Of a stretch of 16,498 nt of DNA, positions 15,027 to 16,498 are shown piece by piece (the stretch's first letter is position 1; every line of letters begins with the position of its first letter). This DNA is from a bacterium (lineage in GTDB: Bacteria; SZUA-182; DTGQ01; JAFGSM01). The stretch covers positions 1 through 16,498 of the forward strand of contig JBLIRN010000060.1 of assembly GCA_049472315.1 (NCBI GenBank), given 5' to 3'. The position numbers and the translations under genes were made by a program. The notes under the pieces are model-generated. The model saw only the letters and a list, made by a program, of their open reading frames with translations, did no database searches and was not told the DNA's origin.

Positions 15027-16498
15027 TCATCGATCCCCCCGGTTGATGATAAGGACCTCATAGGGGTCCAGGGGGGCCCCTTTCCCCGAGACCCTTCCGA
15101 AAAACCGGTATGTCGTACTCCAAGAACCCTTCCGTGAGTCGTGGCAATTGATGGTGTCTATGTCCCGGAACTCGGGGTTGCGCAGCATCTCCGTGGTGGT
15201 GGCGTTCTGAACAAGATTACTGGGGTCGAACAGGTTCGTGTCGATGAAATCCGCGGCAGAGGGCGCCTGGGGGGTATATCCCTGGTTTACGAAGCCCCTG
15301 AGATAGACAACCGGGCAGGAGGGGGCGTTGAGCTCCAGGAAGAGCCTTCCTGCCTGGGGAACCTCCAGGGCATTGAAGGCATTCGAGTGGGCCATGCCAT
15401 ATGTCTCTTCCTCCCAGATGCCGGCCAGGGGGGCATAGTAGAAGACATGAAAGCCGGTCTGAAGCCCGGGCATATTCAGAACACCGTCAACGGAGGGGAA
15501 ATAAAAGGGATTGATCCCCGCCCGCAGCACCAGCGGAATGGTGGGTGAGCAGGGGGTGCTTGCATACAGCAAAACCTCGTCGCAATTGCAGATGGCGTCT
15601 CCGTCGTAGTCACCCTCGGGAAGGAAATTCGGATCCATATCCCCTCGCTGCACCGCCGGCAATCCCTGGGAGATATAGTTCCCTATGACCTCGTGGTATT
15701 CGGTATCCTCGATTGTGCGGGAGAAGAGATCGGTGTCCGCAGGCGGAAGATCCGTGAGGTCTATGGTAAACTCGTTGAGCAGCATTTCATTCAGATATAC
15801 GCTTACCTCAGCCACGGGGTCCCCTCCCGGTATATTACCCTCGTATACCAGGACGGTGATCAAATCGTCTAGTATCACATTATTGAATTTAAAGGCAATG
15901 GTCTCAGGGTACACATACCTGCGTATGGTCGGAGAGATGTACTCCCCGGTCGACTTCACCCATCCCCTCGCGCAATAGGCCGCCATTTCAGGGGGGATCA
16001 CCCGCACCAGGAGGCTGGTCACCTTTTGCGCCTTCGGCTCCAGGACCGATACGATGTACTCTACCCCTACCGAAGGATAGGGAGAGGCGAGTTGTGCGCT
16101 GAGGAGATAGTACCCGTCTTCGGGGCAGGAAAAGGCGAGATAGTTGTTGGCGGCAACAGGCCTGCCGAGATCATACAGGGGATTGAGTTCGAGGTCGTGG
16201 AGACCCAACCGGATGAAATAGCCATACTCGGAGAGGTCCTGCGCGTATATCTCATAGGTATGCCCCTGCCTCCCGTAGAATTGAATCCAATCGACATCCT
16301 CACACTCCTTGCCTCCACCCGCGCAATAGAAGGTGCGCCGGATGGGGAGGGCGTTGACCACCAGGGTGTGTTCCGGATCCAGGAGGATCGCCTCCGGGGG
16401 CTGGTCAGGTTCCAGGGGATCGTCACCGAACACCCCAGCGACCCCCGTAACAGGTGTCATCTCCCATTCGATCCGGTTTTCCGTGTACCCCTCCGTAC
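15027..16498 (-). CDS. Hypothetical, probably extracellular protein with a PPC-like beta-sandwich and an acidic Ca-binding-like motif; probably 5'-partial
   Basis: Frame is open to the window end. GDDPLEPD..A..L, DVDWIQFYGRQGHTYEI and PEDGYYLL resemble pre-peptidase C-terminal domains. DYDGDAICNCDE resembles DxDGDG..DxxE Ca-binding repeats. Confidence 0.65.
   Translation of the reverse strand, partial: TEGYTENRIEWEMTPVTGVAGVFGDDPLEPDQPPEAILLDPEHTLVVNALPIRRTFYCAGGGKECEDVDWIQFYGRQGHTYEIYAQDLSEYGYFIRLGLHDLELNPLYDLGRPVAANNYLAFSCPEDGYYLLSAQLASPYPSVGVEYIVSVLEPKAQKVTSLLVRVIPPEMAAYCARGWVKSTGEYISPTIRRYVYPETIAFKFNNVILDDLITVLVYEGNIPGGDPVAEVSVYLNEMLLNEFTIDLTDLPPADTDLFSRTIEDTEYHEVIGNYISQGLPAVQRGDMDPNFLPEGDYDGDAICNCDEVLLYASTPCSPTIPLVLRAGINPFYFPSVDGVLNMPGLQTGFHVFYYAPLAGIWEEETYGMAHSNAFNALEVPQAGRLFLELNAPSCPVVYLRGFVNQGYTPQAPSAADFIDTNLFDPSNLVQNATTTEMLRNPEFRDIDTINCHDSRKGSWSTTYRFFGRVSGKGAPLDPYEVLIINRGDR

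Overview
Bacterial window, plausibly from an anaerobe (taxonomy is inferred and not testable here). Its core is a nitrogen/glutamate locus. An NrpR-family repressor gene is divergent from a stand-alone FMN-binding glutamate-synthase-family gene and gdhA. Two NrpR-operator-like GG(A/C)A-N6-T(T/G)CC boxes lie just downstream of a near-consensus sigma70 promoter. An 874-aa protein follows, joining a degenerate KaiC/RecA-like N-terminus, a PEP-synthase-type ATP-grasp domain and a probable phospho-His domain, but with no pyruvate-binding barrel. The flanks are accessory and partly decayed. They hold a beta-propeller protein with a Gly/Tyr-rich N-terminus plus a relic of a paralog, two type II TA pairs, a DUF5320 gene with a candidate sigma54 promoter followed by a truncated Mrp gene, and a PsiE-family gene bracketed by two inverted MITE/REP-like elements made of ~60-bp hairpin units. 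They also hold a SAM methyltransferase, a possible J-domain remnant and a partial PPC-like-domain protein. All family assignments come from motif recognition by eye; no searches were run.
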